DNA of 64,000 nucleotides from a virus (IMGVR_UViG_3300038968_000070:32001-96000), one strand, 5' to 3'; counted from the stretch's first letter, positions 47,416 through 57,097 are shown. Program-made: numbers and translations. The notes: generated by a model not told the origin, from the sequence alone.

Positions 47416-47778
47416 CTACTTCGACGGGCAGTTGTGCAGGTCCGGCTGTCGACGGTCGTACCAGAGCGTGCACGTCCCGCACTGCACGGCGTTGGCGCGC
47501 TCGCGTTCGACCTCAGCGATCGCGTCGTCCTCACCCTCTTCGAGCTGCGCAAGGATCTCACGGCAGATCTCGCGGACGGTCGACGCGCGACCCTCGATCT
47601 CCAGCGTGTCGCCGAAGTTCGCCTCGCCGTCATCGGTCTCGGCTTGCTCCGCGTCGGCGATCAGGATCTCGACGCGCGCGCCGACGTACTTCGGGGGCTC
47701 CGTCACCGGTGAATCGAGCGGGTACACGACGACGCAGACTTGCGGGTGCTTCCTGGTGAATTCGTAGATGGTCCTCAT
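47416..47778 (-). CDS. hypothetical protein
   Basis: GAGGA SD; C-terminal CxxC...HxC. Confidence 0.55.
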   Translation of the reverse strand: MRTIYEFTRKHPQVCVVVYPLDSPVTEPPKYVGARVEILIADAEQAETDDGEANFGDTLEIEGRASTVREICREILAQLEEGEDDAIAEVERERANAVQCGTCTLWYDRRQPDLHNCPSK

Positions 47779-47790
47779 CGTTTTGTTTCC

Positions 47791-48075
47791 TCACCGTCGT
47801 AGCTTCAGATCAAGTACGGCGGCCAGCTTCTCGATGTGAGCGCGGAGCGCGAGGTAGACGCCGGTCTTCGCCTCCGTCAACGTGCGCGCACCGCCCGTGA
47901 TCCGATGCGGGTGCTCCATCATCTCGTCGTCGTCCGACGGGCTGATACACCAGTTGTACCAGCCGGCGCCGTTGTTGCTGATGTACGCGTACAACGGAAG
48001 GTTGCCACCGTCGACGATCGTTGCGCGATAGTACCGCTTGACGATCGGCCCCTTGATCACGCCCCACTTGATCAA
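47791..48075 (-). CDS. hypothetical protein
   Basis: GGAGG SD, TTGA overlap. Confidence 0.5.
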   Translation of the reverse strand: MIKWGVIKGPIVKRYYRATIVDGGNLPLYAYISNNGAGWYNWCISPSDDDEMMEHPHRITGGARTLTEAKTGVYLALRAHIEKLAAVLDLKLRR

Positions 48076-48488
48076 TTCCGAACCTCCTCACCTGCGAGCA
48101 CACGCCGCCCGCGCGGTGTGATCGTGTAGTGCCGACGCGTCACGCTAACGAGCGCGGTCGGCGCGGCTTCACCTTCGATCAACCCTAGCTCTTCGAGCCG
48201 TCCTAAGTAGACGTACAGCGCACCGCGCCCCGCTCGCTTGAGCGGGCCAGCGCTGTCGTCCAAGAGCTGAAGGCCGTACTTCGGTTGGCTGGCGATATCG
48301 AGCTGACGCAACACGTCGACCGTGATGAGGTCGAAGCGCGGGCGCAGCTTCCACCACGCCGAGCCGCAGTACCCGATCGTGGAACCAAGGGCGGCCTCGA
48401 CAGGCCACGGCAAGAAGACGCCGTTGACAGCGAAGGTGACGAGGGTGATCACGGAAGCGATCACCAGAAACCCATGAAGCATCCGCAT
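48072..48488 (-). CDS. membrane-anchored PadR-like winged HTH protein
   Basis: N-terminal TM; YGLQL...GALYVYLGRLEELGLI...RRHYTITPRG. Confidence 0.7.
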   Translation of the reverse strand: MRMLHGFLVIASVITLVTFAVNGVFLPWPVEAALGSTIGYCGSAWWKLRPRFDLITVDVLRQLDIASQPKYGLQLLDDSAGPLKRAGRGALYVYLGRLEELGLIEGEAAPTALVSVTRRHYTITPRGRRVLAGEEVRN

Positions 48489-48496
48489 CGAGGTCG

Positions 48497-48519
48497 TTTC
48501 TATCACACCCCTCCGTCAG
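48497..48519 (-). promoter_or_regulatory. phage promoter box
   Basis: CTGACGGAGG-GGTGTG-A-TAGAAA. Confidence 0.55.
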
Positions 48520-48584
48520 ATCAACCGTTCTCATATGAGATCGGCTTGACGCCGGACCACGCCGATGCGAGGGTGTTCAGGTAG

Positions 48585-48986
48585 ATGGACGACGATGTCT
48601 TGGCGGCGTGGCACAACGCCATGGCGGCGCTGGGTGCGACGCCGATGACGGTCGGCTACAATGTCCTCGGATCGTCGACCTATAGACCGGTCCATGTTGT
48701 CTCTGCGTCCTTCGTCAGCGACGGTGTCGAGATCAATATCGTGACGACTGTGTGGTTACCCGCGGTCCCGGACGGTTCCTGCAAAGCGGTCACGCAGATC
48801 ACCTGCCGCGGGCGCGCTTGGGCGTCTCACGAAATTTGGGACAACTGTGCCGCCGCGGTCATGGACACACTCCGCGGCGCGTTCATCAACGCGGCCGTGT
48901 GTCTACGCTGCGCGCACCTCCTCGAACAACACGTGGTCGTCGGCGGCGCTGTGCGTTGCCACTGCGGCTGCGGGAGCTTCAAGTAG
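48585..48986 (+). CDS. hypothetical protein
   Basis: C-terminal CxxC..H..H..CxCxC. Confidence 0.5.
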   Translation: MDDDVLAAWHNAMAALGATPMTVGYNVLGSSTYRPVHVVSASFVSDGVEINIVTTVWLPAVPDGSCKAVTQITCRGRAWASHEIWDNCAAAVMDTLRGAFINAAVCLRCAHLLEQHVVVGGAVRCHCGCGSFK

Positions 48987-49096
48987 GGCGGTTCATAATG
49001 TTCGACGTAGACGATCCCGAACGCGTCCTCGACGCCATCTTTCGCACGCACGACTTGACCTCCCCGTCGAAGATCGCGTAGTGTCTCGTCCCACTA

Positions 49097-49707
49097 TGAG
49101 CGGCCACGCGCCGCCGCCGGGCAAGCGGAATCGAGGGAATCGGCCGCCGGGGCGGGGGAGGGCGCGCGCCCGATCGCTGGGCCGACACGGCGAAGCCGCC
49201 AGCGTGATCGACCCGAGCGTCGACGAACCGATCTGGTTCGAGCGCCCGTGGCGAGACGGCCGGAACGCTGTCCGGCTACTCGAAACGCTCGGGATCCTCG
49301 CCGGTGGGAACCGCCTCCCCGACGCGGTCGGCGCTGCGCTGGCGAAGACGCCGGACGACGCGACGTCCCTGGACTACGCTGCGGTCGACGGTGCCGGCGT
49401 CGAGGCGACGATCGTCCCCGGCGTCGACGGCGTCGTCTTCCCCGCGGCCGCCGGTTGCCTCGCCAACTGGCTCGCCAAGAGCCACGGTGGCGGCGTCGTC
49501 CCGAACGTCTTCCTGCGCGGCGTCGTCGGGTGGCTGCTCTGGCGCGGGCTCGTCACCGGTGACACCGTTCGATGGGAGGTCGGCCGCGCTCGCGCGCGAG
49601 ACCTCGGGCTCGACGACGCCCGCACCGCTGAATTCCTGCGGCTGTGGCACGGGCGGCGGTACCAGGCCGCCTTCGCCAGCGCGGACGGCGCCGCGAGCGG
49701 TCCGTAG
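49097..49707 (+). CDS. hypothetical protein
   Basis: Protein-like 3' part of ORF 48847..49707; start approximate. Confidence 0.4.
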
Positions 49708-50316
49708 GGCCATCCGACGGTCGCGCTCGGCGATGCGCAGGCGCTCGCGCTCGTCTTCGCTGAGCTGTGGTTCGGCGAACGCGCGGCGTCGGGTGATCGG
49801 CGTCGGCGGCGTCGTGCGCGGCCGACTCCACGGGAGGTGAAGGTTCGGTGCGTCGCCAGCATACGGGACGCGGTACCCGAGCCGGCCGCGGCGGAAGTAC
49901 GCCGTCTGTACGGCGAGGCACGCGACGCAGAGGACGTCGCAGCGATCGACGGCCGTCTTGACGGTGTCAAGCGACGCGCCGTTGCGGACGAGCGTCTCGA
50001 CGCCGCCAGCGTCGAAGACGGCGCCGTCCTTGGGGACGAATTCGAGCAAGATCACGTGTTCTTGTCCGCACATCGAGCATGGATGCGCGCGCAAGAAGTC
50101 GCAGATCCAGGCGGCGACGCGGATCCGCTCCTGGTTCACGTTCGCGCGGTTGCGTCGGACGCCGAGATGCCGATCGACAGCCGTTCGGCGGTCGGACTCG
50201 CGCTTCTGTAAGACCTTGCAATAGCTACAGAATCGAGCCTTGCCAGGGGGCAGGACGGCGGGGCATCGTGCGCACGTTCGGGTCGGATTTGAGCGGGGTG
50301 ATTTCGAGATCGACAT
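49276..50316 (-). CDS. degenerate HNH-like zinc protein
   Basis: PCSMCG...LLEF...RCDVLCVAC; expected His residues absent. Confidence 0.5.
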   Translation of the reverse strand: MSISKSPRSNPTRTCARCPAVLPPGKARFCSYCKVLQKRESDRRTAVDRHLGVRRNRANVNQERIRVAAWICDFLRAHPCSMCGQEHVILLEFVPKDGAVFDAGGVETLVRNGASLDTVKTAVDRCDVLCVACLAVQTAYFRRGRLGYRVPYAGDAPNLHLPWSRPRTTPPTPITRRRAFAEPQLSEDERERLRIAERDRRMALRTARGAVRAGEGGLVPPPVPQPQEFSGAGVVEPEVSRASAADLPSNGVTGDEPAPEQPPDDAAQEDVRDDAATVALGEPVGEATGGRGEDDAVDAGDDRRLDAGTVDRSVVQGRRVVRRLRQRSADRVGEAVPTGEDPERFE

Positions 50317-50675
50317 CAGGTTTTCCGTTGAACCTTGTGATACAGCATGTTTAGGCGTCGATCCAGCGGAAAACTGCACAGAGATCCATTCTTTTTCTAA
50401 ATTTCTTCTACGGGGCGTGTGTGTTGGTTTGGGAAAAGTAGTCACTGTCTCAGGAAAAAACTTTTGGAAAAAGAAGGGATCTCTAGGTTGTTTTCTTCAG
50501 ATCGCGCGGGAAGCGCGCGTGATCGCTGGGCGGCGTGGAAAAAACCAGCGAAGGGCTGCGATCGGAAAGCTACTCGATGTCCGCTCGAAAGCAGGAAAAT
50601 TGGGATCGTGTCTGGCCGAAAACCGAATTGTAAGGCAGGGCCATTACGTCCTCTATTCTCTAGCGGTGATCTCGC

Positions 50676-50740
50676 ATAGAACCCCGCTATCCGATCAGTA
50701 TTCGATCTGTGTGTTGACAATAGAACCCCGCTATGCGATC
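50676..50740 (+). promoter_or_regulatory. 21-bp direct repeat flanking TTGACA (candidate operator/promoter)
   Basis: ATAGAACCCCGCTAT(C/G)CGATC at 50676 and 50720; TTGACA at 50714. Confidence 0.55.
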
Positions 50741-50748
50741 GGAATGCA

Positions 50749-51783
50749 GTGAGTAAACCGCATGTCCTCAAATTCGGGATTCAGACCGGATACTTCACGA
50801 AGCTTACAACTCTGGCACGCAACGCGGAGCTGTCGGTCCCTGAGTACGTCTACAACCTCGTGGTCATGGCGGTGAACGGTTTCACCCCGGGCGCTGGCGG
50901 CGTCAATGCGACACCGGCGCTGGCGGCGGCGAAGACCGTCGCCAAGCTCGACGACATCCCCGTCGACGTCGAACGCGGGACGATCCCCGGCAGCTACGCC
51001 GGCGTGAAGCAACGCGACGGTGCGTGGGAGGCGAAGGCCGGGCGCACCGTGCTCGGGCGCTTCAGTTCCCCCGAGGTCGCCGCGCTCGCGCGCTACTTCG
51101 CGATCGTCGGCTACAAGGCCGGGCGCGGCGCCTTCTACGACGACGTCAGCATGAACCCCGACTACGCCGCCAAGCAGCTGCCGAAGGACGTCGAGCGGTT
51201 CGCGCCGCTGTCGGCGACGCAAGCGGTTGCAGGCGCAGCGGCACGCGGCGAGGCGCAGATCCCGGCGTCAGCGGTGCCGGCGGGGTTGCTCGTCGAGCCT
51301 GACCCGACGGCCGTCGCGACGTACCTCGGACCCCCGATCGCGTCTCAGCCTTCGGCGCGTCGGGCCAAGGCTCGCGGCGACGCCGCACCCCCGAGCCCCG
51401 CGGGCGATTCCCGGGTCGGCGGCGACGTTCTTCAAGGAGTCGACCCCCCGGCGGGACCAGAAACCGCCGGAGGGTCAAGGGAGACGTCGGCGGACGGGGG
51501 GCGGACGCCTTCTACCTCGATTCGAGACGCTACCGAAGGGGGCGGCGGCGGTCAAGCGGATCTTTGCCCGATCTGCGACGGCGAGATGAACCCCGGCATC
51601 GCACGCAAGCACCCGCGCTACTGCCTCTTGTGCAGCGACGACTACGAGACGTGGCTTGGGCTCCCCGACGATCAAGACGGCGCCGACGACGTCGTCCTCG
51701 CGTTCACGTCGACGAACGTGAAGCTCGCGCCGCAGGAGCGTGCGTTCATGGCGTACTTGATGCGCACGCGGGGCTTGCTGTGA
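50749..51783 (+). CDS. putative DNA-binding regulator with AP2-like and RHH-like segments
   Basis: YAGVKQRDGAWEA...LGRFSSPEVAALAR; LARNAELSVPEYVYNLV; C-terminal CxxC..CxxC. Confidence 0.55.
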   Translation: MSKPHVLKFGIQTGYFTKLTTLARNAELSVPEYVYNLVVMAVNGFTPGAGGVNATPALAAAKTVAKLDDIPVDVERGTIPGSYAGVKQRDGAWEAKAGRTVLGRFSSPEVAALARYFAIVGYKAGRGAFYDDVSMNPDYAAKQLPKDVERFAPLSATQAVAGAAARGEAQIPASAVPAGLLVEPDPTAVATYLGPPIASQPSARRAKARGDAAPPSPAGDSRVGGDVLQGVDPPAGPETAGGSRETSADGGRTPSTSIRDATEGGGGGQADLCPICDGEMNPGIARKHPRYCLLCSDDYETWLGLPDDQDGADDVVLAFTSTNVKLAPQERAFMAYLMRTRGLL

Positions 51784-52307
51784 TGTGGACGGATCTTTGG
51801 CCGGATGCTGATCCTGATGTCGATGAGACCTTCGCCGACGGGTGGACGATCGAATGGGCCGCGCCGGCGTTCAACGGGCGATGGGGTGATTTGATCGGAG
51901 ACCGAGCTGACCTCGCGTCGCCTCTGGCCGTCAAGGTGACGCGAGGCGACGGTGTGACGTTCACGCTCTCACCGTCGGCACATAGCCACTTGATGCGGCT
52001 ATCCGACATCGTCGATCTCGCTGGGCGCGCGTTCGCGCGCGCCGACAACGACCACACGACGTATGGCAGCACCATCTTCTACCGCTGGTCTAACCGGCTC
52101 ATCGCGGTGTTCCTGAACGCGCTCGTGCGCTTCCCCGACGACCTCCGTCAAACCGTCCTTCACGTCGCCGACGTAGAAAGCAGTGATCCTCCGTGCCAAG
52201 TCCTGTGGAACGTGTTCAAAGCCGCCGTCGCCGAGGAGCGTCGAAGGCGAAGGGCGAGTGGTCTACGTACGTCGAAGTCCGCGACGGCGATTTCTACCTC
52301 AGTCTGA
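51783..52307 (+). CDS. DAAIDEQDRR-family paralog
   Basis: PDDLRQTV...WNVFKAAVAEERRR. Confidence 0.6.
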   Translation: MWTDLWPDADPDVDETFADGWTIEWAAPAFNGRWGDLIGDRADLASPLAVKVTRGDGVTFTLSPSAHSHLMRLSDIVDLAGRAFARADNDHTTYGSTIFYRWSNRLIAVFLNALVRFPDDLRQTVLHVADVESSDPPCQVLWNVFKAAVAEERRRRRASGLRTSKSATAISTSV

Positions 52308-52585
52308 AACGACCGCGGAAAACGCCGATCGCCTTGGTCATTCCAAGCCATCTCGCGATGGTGATCGGCTCGATGGTGCCGAAGTCGAAGACGTGGGAGC
52401 GACGTCTGAGCGACCTCGCTTCCGTGCTCACGTCTAGGTCCGAGCACGTCGCGACGGTGGCGAAACTCGTCGAAGCAGCACGGACGCCAGAAGACGTCGA
52501 CGTCTTGTTCAACGTCGTCAAGGCGGCGATCGCGAGTGATCGCCGCGCGGCGAGGGTGAAGGCACGTAAGGCGCGTAAGCGATGA
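52193..52585 (+). CDS. DAAIDEQDRR-family paralog (start uncertain)
   Basis: ARTPED...FNVVKAAIASDRR. Confidence 0.5.
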   Translation: MPSPVERVQSRRRRGASKAKGEWSTYVEVRDGDFYLSLKRPRKTPIALVIPSHLAMVIGSMVPKSKTWERRLSDLASVLTSRSEHVATVAKLVEAARTPEDVDVLFNVVKAAIASDRRAARVKARKARKR

Positions 52586-52956
52586 GCGCACGCTGGCGTG
52601 TCGCGCCCGCGCCGTTGATGACGGCGCTCGCCGCGCGATTTCACATCTATCCGCCGACGTCGTCGTTGGGCCGGCGACAATGCGTGTGCGCGCGTTGGCC
52701 TGCGCAGACGGTTGTGCTGCACAAGCACGCAACGATCAACGTGCACACCGGTCAGGCGTTGCTCCAACAGCAGGCGCACGCGGTGTTCCACGTACTCGCG
52801 TTGTCGTCGGCGTGGCGCGAAACGTTCTTGCACTTGATCGCCGAGGCCCGTACGCCGGAGGACCTGGCCGCCGCCGTGAACTACGCCGGTGCGGCGTTCG
52901 AGGAGGATCGCCGGGGCTCGCTTAGCTCCACCCTCTCAAAACGTGCCGTTCCGTAG
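52582..52956 (+). CDS. DAAIDEQDRR-family paralog (divergent)
   Basis: ARTPED...VNYAGAAFEEDRR. Confidence 0.5.
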   Translation: MSARWRVAPAPLMTALAARFHIYPPTSSLGRRQCVCARWPAQTVVLHKHATINVHTGQALLQQQAHAVFHVLALSSAWRETFLHLIAEARTPEDLAAAVNYAGAAFEEDRRGSLSSTLSKRAVP

Positions 52957-53622
52957 GAATCGCTCGACCAGCTGATGCACCTCCGGTTCGTTCATGATCG
53001 TCGTGTGCGTCGCGTCGACGGTCGTGAACGCCGCCATCCACGGTAGCTTCGTCTCCTCAACGCTGACCGTCCCGTCGTGCTCGGTCTTCTCGTCGAAGAC
53101 GCGCGTGCTCACGAACCAGCTCGTCGGGTTGGCGATGCTCTGGCGCCGTGTGCCGGCGATGACGGCGAACGGCGCTGGCGGGAACGGCCAGCGCGCGGCC
53201 GCTTTGGGGTCGGCGCTCGCGCCTGCGAGCCCGGTGCCGGCCGGGCCGTAGGCGAGGTTGAACGCGACGCTCGCGAGGCCCTCGGTGTTGTTCAGCGCGG
53301 CCGCGACGGCGCTGCCGTTGTTCGGCGGCGCGAGCATGACGATGCGCTTCCAGCGGAGCCGTTCGTCACGCATGTGGCGCAAGACGATGCCGCCCAACGA
53401 GTGCGTGACGGCGTAGAGCGGGCGGTCTTTCAGGTCACGGCGGATGCGCGTGCACAGCCGCCGCGCGAGGTGCGCGATCGGCATCGACGTCGACGGGTAC
53501 TCGTAGAGGCGTGCGTCGAAGCCGGCGGCGTCGAGATGCTCCGCGAGCGGCTGCATCGACCGTCCGCCGCGGGCGAGCCCGTGGAGGAGGACGACGGCGG
53601 GTCTGTCGGGCGATTTCGTCAG
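52936..53622 (-). CDS. alpha/beta hydrolase (lipase/esterase-like)
   Basis: VVLLHGL, VTHSLGG, MLAPPNNGS, HDGTV, H; probable CTG start. Confidence 0.85.
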   Translation of the reverse strand: MTKSPDRPAVVLLHGLARGGRSMQPLAEHLDAAGFDARLYEYPSTSMPIAHLARRLCTRIRRDLKDRPLYAVTHSLGGIVLRHMRDERLRWKRIVMLAPPNNGSAVAAALNNTEGLASVAFNLAYGPAGTGLAGASADPKAAARWPFPPAPFAVIAGTRRQSIANPTSWFVSTRVFDEKTEHDGTVSVEETKLPWMAAFTTVDATHTTIMNEPEVHQLVERFLRNGTF

Positions 53623-54104
53623 ATGCCGCTTCCGTCGTCGTCGGGGCCCTCCTCGGGCATCGCCTCGACGGACGCCGTCGTGATCGCCCCGGTCGCCGTC
53701 GGCGACGTCACCGGGTAAACGCGCGTCGGCGCGGGCAGTGGGCCGCCGAGGAGATCCACGAGCCCGCTCATGTCCGGCACCGGTCGTGGTGCCGCGGGCG
53801 CCGGCGGCGCCAGTCCTAGCGCGCGCTCGGCTTCGAGGAGGTCTTCCTCCGCTTGCTGCGCCAGCTCCGCTTGCGCTTGCCGCGCGCGATCGCGCGCGTA
53901 CTCGGCAAGGCGCCGTGCCTCTTCGGCTTCACGACGCGCGTCGTCGATCTGCCGTGCGGCGAGCGTTAGCCGCCGGCGCACCGCGCGCTGGTAGGCGAGG
54001 AGCTTCGGGGTCGGGTTCGGGAACGTCGGCTCCTCGAACGCTGCCTGCGCGCCAGCGAGGTTGATGATCGGGCTGTGCGGGGAACCGTTGAACGGGTTCA
54101 TCAC
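53619..54104 (-). CDS. coiled-coil hypothetical protein
   Basis: Start follows promoter box. Confidence 0.55.
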   Translation of the reverse strand: MMNPFNGSPHSPIINLAGAQAAFEEPTFPNPTPKLLAYQRAVRRRLTLAARQIDDARREAEEARRLAEYARDRARQAQAELAQQAEEDLLEAERALGLAPPAPAAPRPVPDMSGLVDLLGGPLPAPTRVYPVTSPTATGAITTASVEAMPEEGPDDDGSGI

Positions 54105-54110
54105 CCCGCG

Positions 54111-54133
54111 ACGGTAGCACAGGGGTCCGTCAG
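54111..54133 (-). promoter_or_regulatory. phage promoter box
   Basis: CTGACGGACC-CCTGTG-C-TACCGT. Confidence 0.6.
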
Positions 54134-54912
54134 CGCCGCTTGGCTGCCTTGCGCTTGTTGGGCTTGGCCTTGGTCTTCGCTGGCGTCTTGCGCCGTGTCG
54201 GCTTCGTCTTCGACGCGAGCTTCATGAGCGTGTAGCCCGCCGCCTGCGCTTGCTCGCGGAGCTGCTTCTCCTTGTACTCGGCGACGCGCTCGGCCCACTC
54301 CGGCGTCCCGCGGCGATCGCGCCAGTCGGCGATGATGCGCGCGCGTTCGGCCCAGACCGTAGCGCGCTCGCTGTCGCGCTGCGTGGCGCCGACGACCTTG
54401 TCGACGTTGCGGGCGGCGACCTCGAATGCCTCGCCCGGCAAGTCGCGGATGAACTCCGGCGACAAGTTGGCGACGGCGTGGTCGACGATCTCCTTGAGCG
54501 CGTCGATCAGGGTGGCAGCGACTTCGAGCCGTGCGTCCGGCGTCTTCGCCCGCTCCGCCTCCAGCTCCTTCCGCAGCTCCTCGGCGCGAAGCTCTGCGGC
54601 CGCGGTGTCGTTCCGCCACTTGTCGACCAGCTCGCGCGCGACCTTGACGATCTCGCCGCTGGGGTTGTTCATGTGCCCGATGGGCTTGGTGCTCTCGATG
54701 TCGGTTTCCATCGGAGGCGACGGTAGCACGCGGGTGCGACAGGGACGGCGACGTGCGAACGGCTTGAGCTGTTCGTCGATGCGGCGACGGAGCGCGGCCG
54801 CACGGCGTCGCGCATCGGCGTGGCCTGCGAGCGGCGCGCGCATGTCGAGCTGCGCGAGCATCGACGGCGGGTCGCCGACGGCGGCGGTCCAGATGGTCGG
54901 CTTGGGCTTCAT
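54130..54912 (-). CDS. coiled-coil protein with Lys-rich tail
   Basis: Histone-H1-like tail KTKPTRRKTPAKTKAK. Confidence 0.6.
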   Translation of the reverse strand: MKPKPTIWTAAVGDPPSMLAQLDMRAPLAGHADARRRAAALRRRIDEQLKPFARRRPCRTRVLPSPPMETDIESTKPIGHMNNPSGEIVKVARELVDKWRNDTAAAELRAEELRKELEAERAKTPDARLEVAATLIDALKEIVDHAVANLSPEFIRDLPGEAFEVAARNVDKVVGATQRDSERATVWAERARIIADWRDRRGTPEWAERVAEYKEKQLREQAQAAGYTLMKLASKTKPTRRKTPAKTKAKPNKRKAAKRR

Positions 54913-55219
54913 TCCAACGCGAGCTGTAGGTCACGGATGCGCCTGAGCCGCTCCGGCGGGCACCAGGCGAACTTACGTCGGCGGAACACCGCGCCCGGTT
55001 TCCAGGCGACGCCTGTGTACTCAGCGCCGTACAGCTCGTCCCAGATGAATGGTACGCCGCCGCCGCCCATATAGCAGTACCCCGCGAGGTGCCCGCTGTA
55101 CGTTCGCCAGACCGCGCAGTCGGGGCGACCTTCGGCCTCGTTCCAGATGAACTTGATGAGGCCGTCGGTGTGAATCGCTGCGGCGCGGTGCCATTCGGCG
55201 AGGTCGCCGCGTCGACGAC

Positions 55220-55633
55220 TCAAGGCTTCGATTCCTTGTTGATGGCGAGGACGTTGTCCATCGGCGGCGGTAGCGGGAGGTCCGAGGTCGTCGTCGTGTA
55301 GCCAACCTCGACGTTCTGCACGTACGGCGCGCCTGACAGCTCCGTCAACGCCCGCTCCATTTTCGCCGCGATGACCGCCGTCCAGACGATCGACATCGCG
55401 CCGGCGATCAGGATCGCCCACGGTGACGTCGACCCGAGGAACGGGACGTCGAACGCGTAGCCGATGGCGGCGGTGCCGAGGCCGTACCAGAAGCCGCTGC
55501 ACGCCGCGCAGGACATGAGCGCATCGAGCCGCGCCGGGTAGCGCGACCATAGGAAGGACGTGATCTGGGCGCGCGCCCCGAGGTAGAAAAGCGCCGTCGT
55601 GATCAGGGGCAGAACGAAGATGCTGTCGATCAT
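55220..55633 (-). CDS. DUF1360-like membrane protein
   Basis: TM helices with LMSCAACSGFW. Confidence 0.65.
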   Translation of the reverse strand: MIDSIFVLPLITTALFYLGARAQITSFLWSRYPARLDALMSCAACSGFWYGLGTAAIGYAFDVPFLGSTSPWAILIAGAMSIVWTAVIAAKMERALTELSGAPYVQNVEVGYTTTTSDLPLPPPMDNVLAINKESKP

Positions 55634-55977
55634 GGTGACGTCTCTTGTATCACGTCGGTCCGACGGGCAACGTTCCGTCGGTCTTGCTCGTCGATCGCGG
55701 CGTCGCTGACGTTGATCAGCGCGTCTTCGACCTCGATTTCATAGCCGGTGAAGTCGGGTGCAGAGATCCACGCGTCGAGCAGGGCTCTGACTGTAGCGAC
55801 GAGGTCGTCGTCGGTGATCTTCGCGTGCTCCCGGAGGATGTACATCCGCGTGGCGTCGGAATCACCGGCGCAGTGTCGCCGCGCCTCTTCGGTGACTGAA
55901 TATCTCCACCAGTTCGGCCATCGTCGCGGGTCAGCAATCGTCTGGTGGTCGTCGACGTTACGCCATCGGCGGTTCAT
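55630..55977 (-). CDS. DAAIDEQDRR-family paralog
   Basis: ADPRRWP...ITDDDL...INVSDAAIDEQDRR. Confidence 0.75.
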   Translation of the reverse strand: MNRRWRNVDDHQTIADPRRWPNWWRYSVTEEARRHCAGDSDATRMYILREHAKITDDDLVATVRALLDAWISAPDFTGYEIEVEDALINVSDAAIDEQDRRNVARRTDVIQETSP

Positions 55978-56318
55978 CGCTGCGCGTCCCTTCGATCTTG
56001 CTCGTCGATCGCGGCGTCGAGTGCGTTGATGACGACGGCCTCGATTTCGAGGTCAGCGTGGCCGGGCGTGGTCAACCACTCTTCGTAGAGCCGTGCAACC
56101 GTGGTGCGGAGGTCCGGGTCGATGATTCCCACACAGTCGAGCAACGTCGTCACCATCGCCGTCACGTGTGCCTCGCGGCTGTCGCGAAGCCTGACGGCGT
56201 CGGCTGTGGTGAACGCGACCAGTGGCCATCTTCGCGGGTCCCCGTTGCTGGCGACGAGCGCGCTACTGCGCGGTTCGCCCGCGTAGTAACGAACGCTTCG
56301 AGGGTGCGCTCCGATCAT
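55974..56318 (-). CDS. DAAIDEQDRR-family paralog
   Basis: GDPRRWP...IIDPDL...INALDAAIDEQDRR. Confidence 0.75.
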   Translation of the reverse strand: MIGAHPRSVRYYAGEPRSSALVASNGDPRRWPLVAFTTADAVRLRDSREAHVTAMVTTLLDCVGIIDPDLRTTVARLYEEWLTTPGHADLEIEAVVINALDAAIDEQDRRDAQR

Positions 56319-56333
56319 TCCTATACGAGAATT

Positions 56334-56891
56334 CTAGTTCCCGTCGCCGACTCGGTCAACCATCTCTTCGGGCAGAAGATCCGGCTTGGCGCCCTCGCGC
56401 GCGACGCTCGCGCCCGTCGTCGCACTCCAACGATCGCACAGGTACTTGTCGCTGACGTACGTCCCGTACTTCGGCGACGACCGCTCGTTGCAGAGCGCCT
56501 GTTGCCCGAGGATCGGGTCGCCGTGGTTGATCGATGCCTCGAACCGGTCCAGGTGCTCCGTCGCCTTCTCGATGCCGTCGATCTTGTGGAACAAGCTCGC
56601 GGCGGCCTCGTCCTTCGGGCGGTGACAGCGCTTGTACTTCTGCCCGGAGCCGCACGGACAGCGTTCGTTGACCGGCGTGTTCTTGAAGCGCGCAACCATC
56701 GTCGGGTCGACGACGGCGCCTTCGAGGAGGAGCCGTTTACCCTCGGCGATGCGCGCTTCGTGCACCGGGCGTTCGGTGGCGCGCCAGTGCTGAAGGCTCG
56801 CTTCCTTCGAGGCCATACCACGACAGTTCCAACAGCCCTGGCGACGCTCGAAGGTGCGATCGGCGAGGGGGAGCGAGATTTTGTTCGACAC
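56334..56891 (-). CDS. SEC-C motif protein
   Basis: NERCPCGSGQKYKRCH. Confidence 0.75.
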   Translation of the reverse strand: MSNKISLPLADRTFERRQGCWNCRGMASKEASLQHWRATERPVHEARIAEGKRLLLEGAVVDPTMVARFKNTPVNERCPCGSGQKYKRCHRPKDEAAASLFHKIDGIEKATEHLDRFEASINHGDPILGQQALCNERSSPKYGTYVSDKYLCDRWSATTGASVAREGAKPDLLPEEMVDRVGDGN

Positions 56892-56898
56892 GGCGGGC

Positions 56899-56921
56899 AC
56901 GGTAGCACACGGGTGCGTCAT
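56899..56921 (-). promoter_or_regulatory. phage promoter box (variant)
   Basis: ATGACGCACC-CGTGTG-C-TACCGT. Confidence 0.5.
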
Positions 56922-57097
56922 TTTTTTCGGCGCGTGGTGTTGACGCCGCGGTGATGCGCGTGGTACAACTACACGTAATCAAACGTGAAACTGACCTGAT
57001 CGTGGTAAAATAACCACACGATCGGGAATTTTTTATTGGCGCTAAAAAGCCCGACGTCGTTGATCGGTCACACGATCCAGCGTACGGTGAGCGTCAC

